Assembly: GCA_023422695.1 (NCBI GenBank) | Contig: JAFAGN010000018.1 | Span: 23,791-87,790, forward strand | Length of the DNA: 64,000 nucleotides | Source of the DNA: Pseudomonadota bacterium | GTDB taxonomy: Bacteria > Pseudomonadota > Alphaproteobacteria > Sphingomonadales > Sphingomonadaceae | Reading direction: 5' to 3' | Shown here: positions 21,101 to 29,647 of the stretch, one piece after another | Layout: the number at the start of each line of letters is the position of its first letter | Numbering within the stretch: position 1 is the stretch's first letter | Made by a program: the position numbers and the translations under genes | Notes under the pieces: generated by a model | Database searches by the model: none | Told to the model about the DNA's origin: nothing | The model's input: the letters and a program-made list of their open reading frames with translations, nothing else

Positions 21101-21544
21101 CGCAAGATCGGCGGGCCGCCGGTAGCTCGTCGGAGAGAGAACCTCGAGTGCAGTCCACGCCTGCAATATCTCGACCGGATGGTTCGACCCGTCGGTTCGC
21201 TCCGGCAGGGCAATGATGGGCAGTGCCGTCTCAGCCGGCATCGTGGCAGATGGACTGAAGTTGGGGGGCGGAATCTCCCGCGCTGTTGGGCGGACCCTCG
21301 CCGGGGCTGGCGCCGGCTTCGGCGCGGGCTGGGCGACCTTCGTCGCGCTGGCCTTCGGCGTCTTTTTTGCCACGGCCAGTTGGTCGCGCAAGCGCCCCGC
21401 GCGCGCGGTATTCCGGTGACGCAGCTCAGCGAGGATTAGCGCATCGGTGGCCGCATTCTTGCCGGCGAGCGTTTCCAGTTCGGCAATACCGGACTGGGCA
21501 AAAGGACGGTTCTTGAATGACATCTCGGCGGCTCTGTTACGCAT
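18170..21544 (-). CDS. Superfamily I helicase, Upf1/DNA2-like (AAA_11/AAA_12 type)
   Basis: NGPPGTGKT, SSNNKAVEN, IDEAGQ, VGDPIQ, HRRC, TIHTVQGRE, NVAVTRAK. Confidence 0.9.
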   Translation of the reverse strand: MRNRAAEMSFKNRPFAQSGIAELETLAGKNAATDALILAELRHRNTARAGRLRDQLAVAKKTPKASATKVAQPAPKPAPAPARVRPTAREIPPPNFSPSATMPAETALPIIALPERTDGSNHPVEILQAWTALEVLSPTSYRRPADLAGDIKRIARLDRGLPWASGAKGPPGKRLYYQIVLGSIDMAGAVDRLLQRFGDGRAERPQARGDTPLAVVIVDRDGRPIEDECATLSSFGWGLPVILCEGPAALARWPGEEERIGEALHERLYREGSDGKPFPLDEKAIRAAYEWLAAEFAIEPALLRPPSFAVRSLVPFKSKDPPEALLLNSFFLKDLASASKLCAGRNAPDLLLRYLGAKQPAQRRDLKHDALAIEEAVAPASIPAGRWPGLGRHPLVLMQQAAVNLAAATATGEILAVNGPPGTGKTTLLRDVVAALVTARASVMAGFADPEQAFTASGETLKAGAAWIHLYRLDPRLKGFEILVASSNNKAVENVSGELPAKGAIAEDSDMRYFEPIAQTMVGGPSWGLIAAILGNSSNRYAFKDDFWWNADNGLFAYLKAVDGREAEIDEPGKPSRPPHIVTALDPPRSRREALGNWRQKRERFRELERRVNDILAQVELLRVRGLHLPVIERRFEAVEAHGAGRPSWFHRLFGTRCYRDWEADHAPLSYALVDACQSASQEKSWPDGKLLKLGRSPWLGLGAAKQADAFRQQLAPMAAEWRRDKRARTGDIIDEEFFENGHTIVQKAAPWLTKAEHRERDALFEAAMDLHRAFLDAAAKPLRHNLGLAMQVLDGKGLGSPARDAVIPDIWSSLFLVVPVVSTTFASVSAMLGKLPPQSLGWLLIDEAGQAAPQQAVGALLRANHAVVVGDPIQVPPVVMLPDDLVGAICRSFGVDAERFGAPAASVQTLADDATAWFAEFPSGAGSRTVGVPLLVHRRCCEPMFKIANSIAYENLMVQAKTPRNSDIRACLGPSRWINVEGSGRDKWCPDKGREAVRLLEQIIAKGIAPDFYVVTPFVQVADGLRAAIRDSAALNAAIPELGSWVYERVGTIHTVQGREAEAVIFVLGAPNADQTGARAWAGKQPNLLNVAVTRAKEALYVIGNRNLWRTAGVFATLDALFE

Positions 21545-21616
21545 CAGGTGATTTGAGAGAGGAAGGCGCGTTGTGGGTGGGCAGTCGCTCCAGTCTGAAA
21601 GCGGACCCGTGAATTT

Positions 21617-22393
21617 CTAGTTTGTCATCCAGTCGATATAGCGCGCGATCCAATGATGTTCTTCGGGCGCAATTCGGCCGTCGGCCTCGATCACCCGCTT
21701 CGCATAGCCCGCCACGATCGGACGCAGCGTATCCGAAGCGCGGATGCGCTGCGCCGCCAGGACGAAGGCCTCGACGTCAGGCGCCATGCGCCGGATATGA
21801 GCCGAGATATCGGCCTCGGGAAATGGCGCGCGAATCTCGGCACGGATCCACCAAGACGCGGTGAAGGTGTCGATCTCGTCATTCTCCGCGGCATCGACAT
21901 GCCCGTCGCATCGCGACAAAAATATGAGTGCCGTCAGGCCGGCGCCAAGGTCGGCGCGCTGCACCGGGGAGAGGCCCCAACCAAGGGGGCTCTCGCCAAT
22001 TCGATCGTCAGCGAAGGGCGCAAAATAGTCGGTGCCCCCAGCCAGTTCCTCGCCGGTCTCGGCGTCGTGGACGGCTTCGATCCGCGTCATCAGGAACACG
22101 CGCTGCGCGCGGCGGTGATGGCAAAAGGCTCGCAGATAGCGCTTGCCCTGTCCCGTCTCGATGCGGATGCAGCTGACCTGTCGCAGCGAGGCGGCTCCCT
22201 TCGCGTCGCGATAGGAGATGATGATTGTCAGGCCGTTGACGCTGTCGCCTGCGGGTTCGCGCATAGCCGGCAAATCGACGGGAGCTTCATCGGAATCTTC
22301 TTCCGGCAGGCGGGGCGTAAAGCCTTGAGGCGACGGCGCTTGCGGAACGCTTACGCCAAATCGCTCGCGAACCAGTTCGAGTATCTGAAGCAT
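21617..22393 (-). CDS. WYL domain + TerB-like domain protein
   Basis: GGAGG RBS; WYL-like ISYRDAKG..SLRQV..YLRAFCHHRRAQRVFLMTRI; TerB-like RCDGHVDAAE...EADGRIAPEE. Confidence 0.75.
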   Translation of the reverse strand: MLQILELVRERFGVSVPQAPSPQGFTPRLPEEDSDEAPVDLPAMREPAGDSVNGLTIIISYRDAKGAASLRQVSCIRIETGQGKRYLRAFCHHRRAQRVFLMTRIEAVHDAETGEELAGGTDYFAPFADDRIGESPLGWGLSPVQRADLGAGLTALIFLSRCDGHVDAAENDEIDTFTASWWIRAEIRAPFPEADISAHIRRMAPDVEAFVLAAQRIRASDTLRPIVAGYAKRVIEADGRIAPEEHHWIARYIDWMTN

Positions 22394-22439
22394 ATGAACC
22401 TCCGTCCGTGTCAGCTAAGGTCAAAATGATGGGCGACGG

Positions 22440-24656
22440 TCATGACAGCGCCCGCGCGATGTCGCGGATCATGTCGCCTACATCGGTTTCGAGGTGCGCA
22501 TGGCGCTTGACCCAGAAGCGGCGGAGCAGATCCTCGGGAATATACTCGTCATACTTCTCATGGGCGAGATTGGAGACGAAGCGGCCAAGGATTTCGATCG
22601 GCGGGCAACCATCGAGCGCCCCGAGCACTTGGGCCGCCTCGTCTGAAGGGGTGCCAAGGAGCGTCACCCCGACGTCGAACGTCTCGCACTCGAACCCGAC
22701 CGATCCGAGCAGCACCGCCAACAGGCCATTGGCGACGCTGCCGCGCCAGGTCATGAGATGCGTATCCTTGCCGGCCGCGATCAGCGGCGTTCTCGCGAGG
22801 TCGAGCGCGGCGAACATCTCGCGCCCTTCGGTGAGCAATCGGGCAGCGACGGGGTCGAGATAGGCCGGCATGTCGGATGCGACGAGCGCGTCGCGGATCG
22901 CACTTGCGAGCCGATCGTGGATCGGTTCTCCCGACACGCGATCGAATTTCGGGATACGGCCGGCACGATGGGCAGCGACCTCGACGACTTTCGCCGGGTC
23001 GTCGATAGCTACCGCGCGCCACCGGCGCCCGGCGAAGGACAGGATGCTTCCGACCGCGAGTGCATTGACGATTGGCAGCGTGCCAAGCGACCGGCCCTGA
23101 TGGACGAGGCGCCATTCTTCATCCGTCTTGAAGTTGGCGTAAAAGTCGCGCGAGGCCGTGAGCCGTTCGCCAAGCGGCCCGAGCATCAACGACCCGTCGG
23201 GCGCCTGTTCGAGCATCGGCTCTTCTCCACCGCCGAGCCCGCGCAGCAAATCTGCGAAATCGCCAGGTTCGATCGCCGCGAATGGGCCATCGCGGCCGAT
23301 TGCCTTATAGAGCTGATCGGCTCGCTGCGCGCCGCGCTCGGCAATGCGCGACAGTAGCTGGTGGACGGTGACCGAGAGGAGGGCGGAATCGCCCAAAGGC
23401 GGCTCCACGAACCGCTCGGCAAGCAAGTGCAGCGCCGCGACCGACTGCGCAACGGGAAGGTGAAGCCGGTCAAGCGGATCGGCGTCGGCCGCCAGATAGG
23501 GCTCGCGGACATAACCCCGGAAGATGGCCGCGCTGCCTTCGCGCCGCCCCGACCGGCCAAGCCGCTGGCGAAGCGATGCGAGCGAGCGCGGCGCTCCGAG
23601 CTGTGCGACGCTGTGGACAGACCCGATATCGATTCCGAGCTCGAGCGTCGTCGTGGCAACTGCGGTCGTCGGAAGGCGATCCTCTTTGAGGCGCGCCTCG
23701 ACTTCTTCGCGCAATTCCCTGGCGAGGCTTCCATGGTGCGGGAAGAACTCGTTCGGCACGCCGCTGTCTTCCGACAAGGTCCTGAGGCGGTCGGCAAGGG
23801 CTTCGACGTTGGCGCGCGAACCGGCGAAGAAGAGATTGTTCTTGCCGCGCAGAATCTCGTGCGTGTGCCGTGCGATCTCGGCGAGGGCACTGCGAACCTC
23901 GAGGTCCGCCGCTGGCGGGCTCGTCTCCGGTGGCTCGACGACGGCACGTATCTGAAGCTTGAGCGGCGCGCCGCCGCCATCGACCGCGATAATCTCGGGT
24001 TGCGGTGTTCCGCCGGCGAGCCAGTCGACCGCATGCTGCTTGTCGCCAAGCGTTGCCGACAGTCCGATACGGCGGGCGCGGCCAAGCGAAATGGCATCGA
24101 TCCGGTGCAACAGGCTCCACAGATGAAGCCCGCGCGGACCCTGAAGAAACGCATGGAGTTCGTCGATCACGATCGCGTCGAGCCGTCCGAACATCGCCTC
24201 GATACTTGCGGGTCGCCGCACAAACATCGCCTCGATGGATTCGGGCGTGATGAGCACAACGCCCTCAGGTGACTTCAGTAGGCGCGTCTTCGGGCCTTGG
24301 GGCGCGTCGCCATGCCAGCGCGTCAGTCCGATTTCGAGATCCGCGCAGAGGCCTTCCAGCCTTTTATGCTGGTCGTTGATAAGCGCTTTCAGCGGAGCGA
24401 CATAAAGGATTGCGACCCCGCTATCCTGCCGTGCTGCGGCTGCGCCGAGAAGTGGCAGGAAGGCCGCTTCCGTTTTTCCAGCAGCGGTTGCCGCTGCGAT
24501 AAGGATGTCGCGGCGGTGCCCCGCAATGGCCATGATTGCGCGCGCCTGGACCTCGCGCAGCTGCGACCATCCCTGCACGCGTACCCAGCGCTGGACCTGC
24601 GGATGCAGTCGGTCGAATGCTGCTGCGGGATCAGAGAGTGAAGTCGGCAAGGCCAT
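22440..24656 (-). CDS. sngC: Lhr-like DEAD/DEAH-box helicase (Shango SngC-like)
   Basis: TAAGKTEA, PLKALIND, DELH, LSAT, HHGS, TLELGIDIG, QRLGRSGRR; third gene of the TerB/ATPase/helicase operon. Confidence 0.8.
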   Translation of the reverse strand: MALPTSLSDPAAAFDRLHPQVQRWVRVQGWSQLREVQARAIMAIAGHRRDILIAAATAAGKTEAAFLPLLGAAAARQDSGVAILYVAPLKALINDQHKRLEGLCADLEIGLTRWHGDAPQGPKTRLLKSPEGVVLITPESIEAMFVRRPASIEAMFGRLDAIVIDELHAFLQGPRGLHLWSLLHRIDAISLGRARRIGLSATLGDKQHAVDWLAGGTPQPEIIAVDGGGAPLKLQIRAVVEPPETSPPAADLEVRSALAEIARHTHEILRGKNNLFFAGSRANVEALADRLRTLSEDSGVPNEFFPHHGSLARELREEVEARLKEDRLPTTAVATTTLELGIDIGSVHSVAQLGAPRSLASLRQRLGRSGRREGSAAIFRGYVREPYLAADADPLDRLHLPVAQSVAALHLLAERFVEPPLGDSALLSVTVHQLLSRIAERGAQRADQLYKAIGRDGPFAAIEPGDFADLLRGLGGGEEPMLEQAPDGSLMLGPLGERLTASRDFYANFKTDEEWRLVHQGRSLGTLPIVNALAVGSILSFAGRRWRAVAIDDPAKVVEVAAHRAGRIPKFDRVSGEPIHDRLASAIRDALVASDMPAYLDPVAARLLTEGREMFAALDLARTPLIAAGKDTHLMTWRGSVANGLLAVLLGSVGFECETFDVGVTLLGTPSDEAAQVLGALDGCPPIEILGRFVSNLAHEKYDEYIPEDLLRRFWVKRHAHLETDVGDMIRDIARALS

Positions 24657-25935
24657 CGTCTTCAGCCGCGATCTCTTCGCCGACCGCGCCGTCATCCTGT
24701 TCAAGCGCGATCGCGCCGAGAAGCTGCGCCCATTCGGCGCCCGGATTCTGCTCTAGGACGGCTAGGAATTGAACGAATGCTTTGATCGTGTTTCGCGGTG
24801 TCCGGAAATAGGCTTCGCCGATCCGCTGATTGCAATGCTCCATGAAGGCCGCGAGCGCCGCATTGGGAACGAGATATTTTGAAGCATCGCCAAGAGCGAA
24901 GACCGACCGGATATTGCCGAGTAGTACGAGGAAATCCTCGGGGGACAGATTCTGGAGCCGGATGACGGGCCCTGTCATGTCGACGAGGCCGTGCGCCGCG
25001 AACTGGTTTTCGGCCAGCCGCGACTGGAGCGCTTCATAGCTGTAGAGCCCACGCCGGCTGTCCATCAGAAACTCCGGGGTTCCGCCGAAGATGAAGCCGA
25101 GACCTTCCGAATTGCCCTGCAGCATGTCGTTGACGATCCGCAGGATCTGCTCGAAATTCTGGTTGCGCGCCTGAGCGCTTTGCAGCTTGTAGATGTTCAC
25201 CATCTCGTCGAACACGACGACAAGGCCCGAATAGCCCGCCAGCCTCACAAATTTCGCGAGAAGTTTCAGGCTGTCATAGACATCGGCGTCGTCGATGATC
25301 GAGCGCACCCCGAGCGCCTGGCGCGCCTCGGTCTTTGTCGGATATTCGGCGCGCAGCCAACGCAGCGCTGCCGCCTTCAGAGCGTCGTCGCCGGTTTCGC
25401 TCCCGCGCCAATAGCATTTCAGGACTTGTGCGAAATCATGGCCGCCTACCAATTCCTGAATCTCGCCAAGACGCGTGTGGATGGCTTGCTCGACCGTCTC
25501 GCCTCCGGTCTCGGCCTCCTTGACGCATTCGCTGATGAAGCGCTCGACGACACTTGCGAGCGCGCCTCCATCGGCTTTGGTCCGGGTTGCCATATGCCGC
25601 ACTGCCTCGGCATAAAGGCCGCGCGCCTGCCCGCCCGTTGCATGAATGCGGCGGTCGGGGGCTAGGTCGGCGTGGATCGTTACGCAGCGTCGCTCGAGCG
25701 CGATCAGTCTGACGAGGCTGAGGAAGAAGGTCTTGCCGGCGCCATATTCGCCGATGATGAACCGTACCGACGAGCCGCCGTCGACGATCCGGTCGACATC
25801 CTTGACGAGCGCGCCGACCTCCAGCGCGCGGCCGACCTGGATATGCTGGAGGCCAATGCGCGGAACGACGCCGGCGGCTAACGCCTGAACGATAGTGTCG
25901 CGTTCACGCGGCTTCACCTGTGCGGGCTGGGTCAT
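24631..25935 (-). CDS. sngB: DUF2791/BrxD-type P-loop ATPase (Shango SngB-like)
   Basis: LAAGVVPRIG, GEYGAGKTF, VVFDEMVN, YEALQSRL; overlaps both neighbours. Confidence 0.82.
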   Translation of the reverse strand: MTQPAQVKPRERDTIVQALAAGVVPRIGLQHIQVGRALEVGALVKDVDRIVDGGSSVRFIIGEYGAGKTFFLSLVRLIALERRCVTIHADLAPDRRIHATGGQARGLYAEAVRHMATRTKADGGALASVVERFISECVKEAETGGETVEQAIHTRLGEIQELVGGHDFAQVLKCYWRGSETGDDALKAAALRWLRAEYPTKTEARQALGVRSIIDDADVYDSLKLLAKFVRLAGYSGLVVVFDEMVNIYKLQSAQARNQNFEQILRIVNDMLQGNSEGLGFIFGGTPEFLMDSRRGLYSYEALQSRLAENQFAAHGLVDMTGPVIRLQNLSPEDFLVLLGNIRSVFALGDASKYLVPNAALAAFMEHCNQRIGEAYFRTPRNTIKAFVQFLAVLEQNPGAEWAQLLGAIALEQDDGAVGEEIAAEDDGLADFTL

Positions 25936-28900
25936 GGTTTTTGGATCATTCCTTTGAGCGTGGTCAGGATATGTGGCTGCAGGCAATAGATGTCCTCATC
26001 TTCGATCGCGACCTCGTCGAGGATATCGAACGCCCAATCGTTGATCGTCTCGATCGCACCGCCGGGAAGAAGCTTCTCGCGCTTGCAGAGCGAAGCGAAG
26101 ACATCGGCTTCAATGGGGCTCTCGATGAGCGCCATGAGAAGATGGCTATGGGGAGCATCTAGTCCGGCGAAGAGCGCTTGCTCTTCGGCCTGGAGCGGTG
26201 CGGCGGGTTCCGGTTCGTTTTCGGGGTCTTCCTCCCGGAAGATCGAGGCGAGCATGGTAGAGACGGCGGCCGTTTCTTCGCGGATGCGAGCGAGCTTGTC
26301 GCTATCGATATCTCGCGAAACGCGGGCTGCGGCCTTGTTCGGGGTGGGCGCAGGTGACGGCGCATCAGGTCCGGAATGCAGCCGCGAATAAACTTCATCC
26401 TGCGGCTTCCCGAGCAATTTGTAGAGGCCCTCGAGAAAGCGCACCTCGGTCGGGGTGACGCGCTGATCGGCAAGCACGGCATTGATGACGGACTGCAGAA
26501 CCATTTCTTTGTCGGCAGGGGTGAGATCGGCAACGCGCTTGGTCGCGGCGCGCAGCTTGGGCGGATTGTGCACAAGCGCATGCATGTGCGCCTCCAGCCG
26601 CGTGCGCTCCGGCGGCGTGAGTTCATTAAGTGCCCCGAGATCGCGCACGATCGATTCCAGTTCGGCCTCGACGACCAGATTATCAGCCTGTGCGGCGAGA
26701 ACTGCGATCTCTACCATCGTTCGTGCAACGTCATACCGTCCGCTGCCCGCCGCAGGCGCACCCGAGGTAGCGTCAAACAGGCACAGGGTCATATCCTCGC
26801 TGAGCGTCGGAGCCGGCCCGAAGCGCTTGTCGGGTTCGAAACCGACTTTCATTGCATCCAGGATATCGCCGAGACGCTTTCGATAATTTTGCCGTTGATC
26901 TTTGGCCTCAATTGCCCCGTTATCCAAAAACAGATCGAGGAGTTCAGCAAGCTTGACGGGCGCGAAGCCGGTCCCTGCGATCCTTTCTTCCAGCTGGCTT
27001 CGCACCAACGCATAGCGGCCTGAAGGATCGCGCGACCGGATCAGCGGCGGAGCGAGCGCGGCGGCGAGCACCGAGCCTTGCTCGGCGGGGTGGCGGCCAA
27101 GGAAGCGGCTCAGGGGATCGAGCGCATCGGTGCAGTCGTTGAGCAACTGTTCGAACTTGGCGACAGGGGCACTGATCGAAGCGATGTCGGGAAGATGGTC
27201 TAGTGACGCGATTGCGTTAAATTCGCTGCTTGCCGAACGATATTGATAACTTAGCCGCGTCTTGGGTTTGGCGACCTTGATCCCGCCCGGAAAGCGAGTC
27301 TCATATTCATGGTGCCAGAGCGCTTTGAAGTCGTCGAAGCACCGCTTCGCCGCGGTGCGGGGCCAGATTTGCGGATGCGCCAGCGCCCAGCAAAGCGCAT
27401 CTTCAGCGCCTATCGGCTCGCCCTTGGCAACTTTCTCGCCGAGGTAGAGCCGGACCGGTATTGGTATTTCCCAAGCGTAGCGAGACTCGATCGATGCGGT
27501 GAGACTGTCAGGAGGCGATCCATGCAGGACTTGGGCGGCATCCATCAGCGAACGAGCGTATCCGGCGAAACTGTAGTTGTCGCCGTAAACCGACAAAAGC
27601 GCATCAAGCTCGCCCATAATGGCGCCGGATTCGTCCGCTGCCTTCGCTTTGACGAGCCGTCTTTCGAGACCGTAAAAATAAAGGAAAACATAGCCGATAG
27701 GAGTTGCCGGATTGCGTCTGCCGTCGGCTAGCCATTCAATATAGGCTCGCCGCGCACCGGGCTGAAGCTCGCTATAGTGCGGCCAATAGCCGAGGCTGCT
27801 ACCGCTGCGGTCGGACCACGCCCCCAAGGGAAGCGCGGGGTCGACGAGGGCGCGGTGCCGACCCTCCTTCCTGGCCGGTGAACCGAAGTAAAGAAGCTCG
27901 GCTTCGAAATCGATGTCGCCGACAGTTACCCTTGTCGCCGCTGCAATCCAGCGTTCGGCGGCGATGTTGCGTCCAGTCGATGCTCGCGGGCGACCCGTCT
28001 CCGCCGCTGTCTTGGATGAAAAGAGCGATGAAAGGGCGCTATGAAAACCCGTCGCTACCTGCTCGCTGCCACGCTGCGCTGCAGGAATAGTTCGCTCAGA
28101 CTGTTGTACCAGGCGCGGATCGGGCGGGCGGATCGAGTTGGACGCGACGCCGCGCCGCCTTTCGGCATAGTGGCGGGCCTGGTCGAATGTCGTGAAAATA
28201 TAACCGCCGCAAGCGAAGCGTCCATCGCCGGTCTCGTGCACTTCCGGCCAGTGCGGGAAGGGCAGGCTGTGCGGCGTCGTTGTGCTCGCGGGATTTTCGG
28301 GCTCAGTGACGATCGCCGTTTCAGCCGGCACATCCTCAGCCGCAGAACGCAAGATCGCGGGAGACGCGGTGGTGGCAGTAGAAGGGCGTGGCGGTGCTCC
28401 TGCGGGAAAAGTCGGCTTGCGCTTGCGCTTTCGCTCCGCCGCCGCGCGCGCTTGCTCGAAACTCGAATAGCTTAGCCCACCGCTCGCATAGCGCCCGTTC
28501 TCGGTGCGCCTAACGTCCGGGTCGCTGGTATCGCCCGCTTGCTCGGTGACCGGGCGTTCGGAGTTCGGACGTTCAGCAAAGGTGCGATCGGTGCGGTGCG
28601 TATGCGCGGGAAGAGGGCTAAGGGGCCTGCGTTGCCGCTCCGCGAAATCTCTCGCCTGTTGTTCGGTTGTAAAGCTGAACCCGCCGGCCACGAATCGGCC
28701 ATCACTGCGGGCCTCCACGTCGGGATCGGCGAGCAACTCCGTGCCGGCAGATGGTGTGCCAGACGTCGACTGTGCCACATGGCTTTGAGGTGACGTCAGC
28801 CGATGGCGTTCTCGGTCTGGCGCGTCTTCGGTTACCGTCTCGCTTGGTCGCGCCACGGATTTGCCGGGGATTGCCATCAACAGCAGCGACAATGCAAAAA

Positions 28901-29237
28901 GCACGAGACCAACAGGCGGTGCGATAAGCAACGCGAGATATGCGCTGCCGTTGATCAGCGCCAGCCAACCACTCAGTCCGATGTCGTGGAAACGGCGAAC
29001 CTGAAGCGCGAACCAAGGAACTGCAGTTGCGAGCCACCACAATAAATAGATGAGAACAGCGTTTGGCGGGTCGGCGGCAGGGTCGGAGACATTTCCTATC
29101 TGGGCGTCGAAAAGCGAGCCGAAGACCGTGAACATGAAGACAAGCGCCGAAAGACTGAAAAACAGCCAGAATTCACTTCGTCCCGAGCGACCCTGAAAAT
29201 CAGCATAGCGCCATAAAGGCCGCAATAAATTCGCCAT
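25932..29237 (-). CDS. sngA: DUF805-like membrane domain + repeats + TerB-N/TerB/TerB-C protein (Shango SngA-like)
   Basis: YADFQGRSGRSEFW..VRRFHDIGLSGW (DUF805-like); YWPHYSEL.P..R.AY..WL..GR..IGYVFLYFYGLERR (TerB-N); AD...E repeats (TerB); GAIETINDWAFD (TerB-C). Confidence 0.82.
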   Translation of the reverse strand: MANLLRPLWRYADFQGRSGRSEFWLFFSLSALVFMFTVFGSLFDAQIGNVSDPAADPPNAVLIYLLWWLATAVPWFALQVRRFHDIGLSGWLALINGSAYLALLIAPPVGLVLFALSLLLMAIPGKSVARPSETVTEDAPDRERHRLTSPQSHVAQSTSGTPSAGTELLADPDVEARSDGRFVAGGFSFTTEQQARDFAERQRRPLSPLPAHTHRTDRTFAERPNSERPVTEQAGDTSDPDVRRTENGRYASGGLSYSSFEQARAAAERKRKRKPTFPAGAPPRPSTATTASPAILRSAAEDVPAETAIVTEPENPASTTTPHSLPFPHWPEVHETGDGRFACGGYIFTTFDQARHYAERRRGVASNSIRPPDPRLVQQSERTIPAAQRGSEQVATGFHSALSSLFSSKTAAETGRPRASTGRNIAAERWIAAATRVTVGDIDFEAELLYFGSPARKEGRHRALVDPALPLGAWSDRSGSSLGYWPHYSELQPGARRAYIEWLADGRRNPATPIGYVFLYFYGLERRLVKAKAADESGAIMGELDALLSVYGDNYSFAGYARSLMDAAQVLHGSPPDSLTASIESRYAWEIPIPVRLYLGEKVAKGEPIGAEDALCWALAHPQIWPRTAAKRCFDDFKALWHHEYETRFPGGIKVAKPKTRLSYQYRSASSEFNAIASLDHLPDIASISAPVAKFEQLLNDCTDALDPLSRFLGRHPAEQGSVLAAALAPPLIRSRDPSGRYALVRSQLEERIAGTGFAPVKLAELLDLFLDNGAIEAKDQRQNYRKRLGDILDAMKVGFEPDKRFGPAPTLSEDMTLCLFDATSGAPAAGSGRYDVARTMVEIAVLAAQADNLVVEAELESIVRDLGALNELTPPERTRLEAHMHALVHNPPKLRAATKRVADLTPADKEMVLQSVINAVLADQRVTPTEVRFLEGLYKLLGKPQDEVYSRLHSGPDAPSPAPTPNKAAARVSRDIDSDKLARIREETAAVSTMLASIFREEDPENEPEPAAPLQAEEQALFAGLDAPHSHLLMALIESPIEADVFASLCKREKLLPGGAIETINDWAFDILDEVAIEDEDIYCLQPHILTTLKGMIQKP

Positions 29238-29647
29238 CGCATCCAAAGCCCCCCTGAGCCCGGGGCAGCTTGTCGAACGTGCGGCGGATAAACAAGCGGT
29301 TATCGACAAAGATCGATTAAGGGGACGCCGTCAAACTTATCGCGAGGGCACCCAAAGAACCCATGTTCAGGGTGCTGCGACCCCGTATGCAACTCTTGAG
29401 AAAATAGTCCAGATTGGATGGAATTTATGAGTATCAGGACCTGCCGATGCAACCGTGCTGATCGATCGAGTGCATTCCCCTTCTCGGCAATTAAGGTCCG
29501 CTTTCGCCTGTTTTCGGCCTGAAAGCCGACAGACTGCAACCGGCCACAAGCGGGCAACGGGCTAAAGAGCGCTTGCTGATTGTCTTGTCGCATGTGGGGG
29601 CAAGGCAGCAGGATAACGAGGTCGGACGGCTCGCGCGATCGAAATGC

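Noticed and set aside
22440..25935. BREX type 2 (BrxD + BrxHI) assignment
   Set aside because: No pglX, pglZ, pglW or brxC nearby; the upstream TerB-N/TerB-C gene fits Shango better.
10600..29560. CRISPR array or canonical integron attC interpretation of the junction motifs
   Set aside because: No regular repeat-spacer period, no cas or intI gene, and no clear RYYYAAC/GTTRRRY ends.
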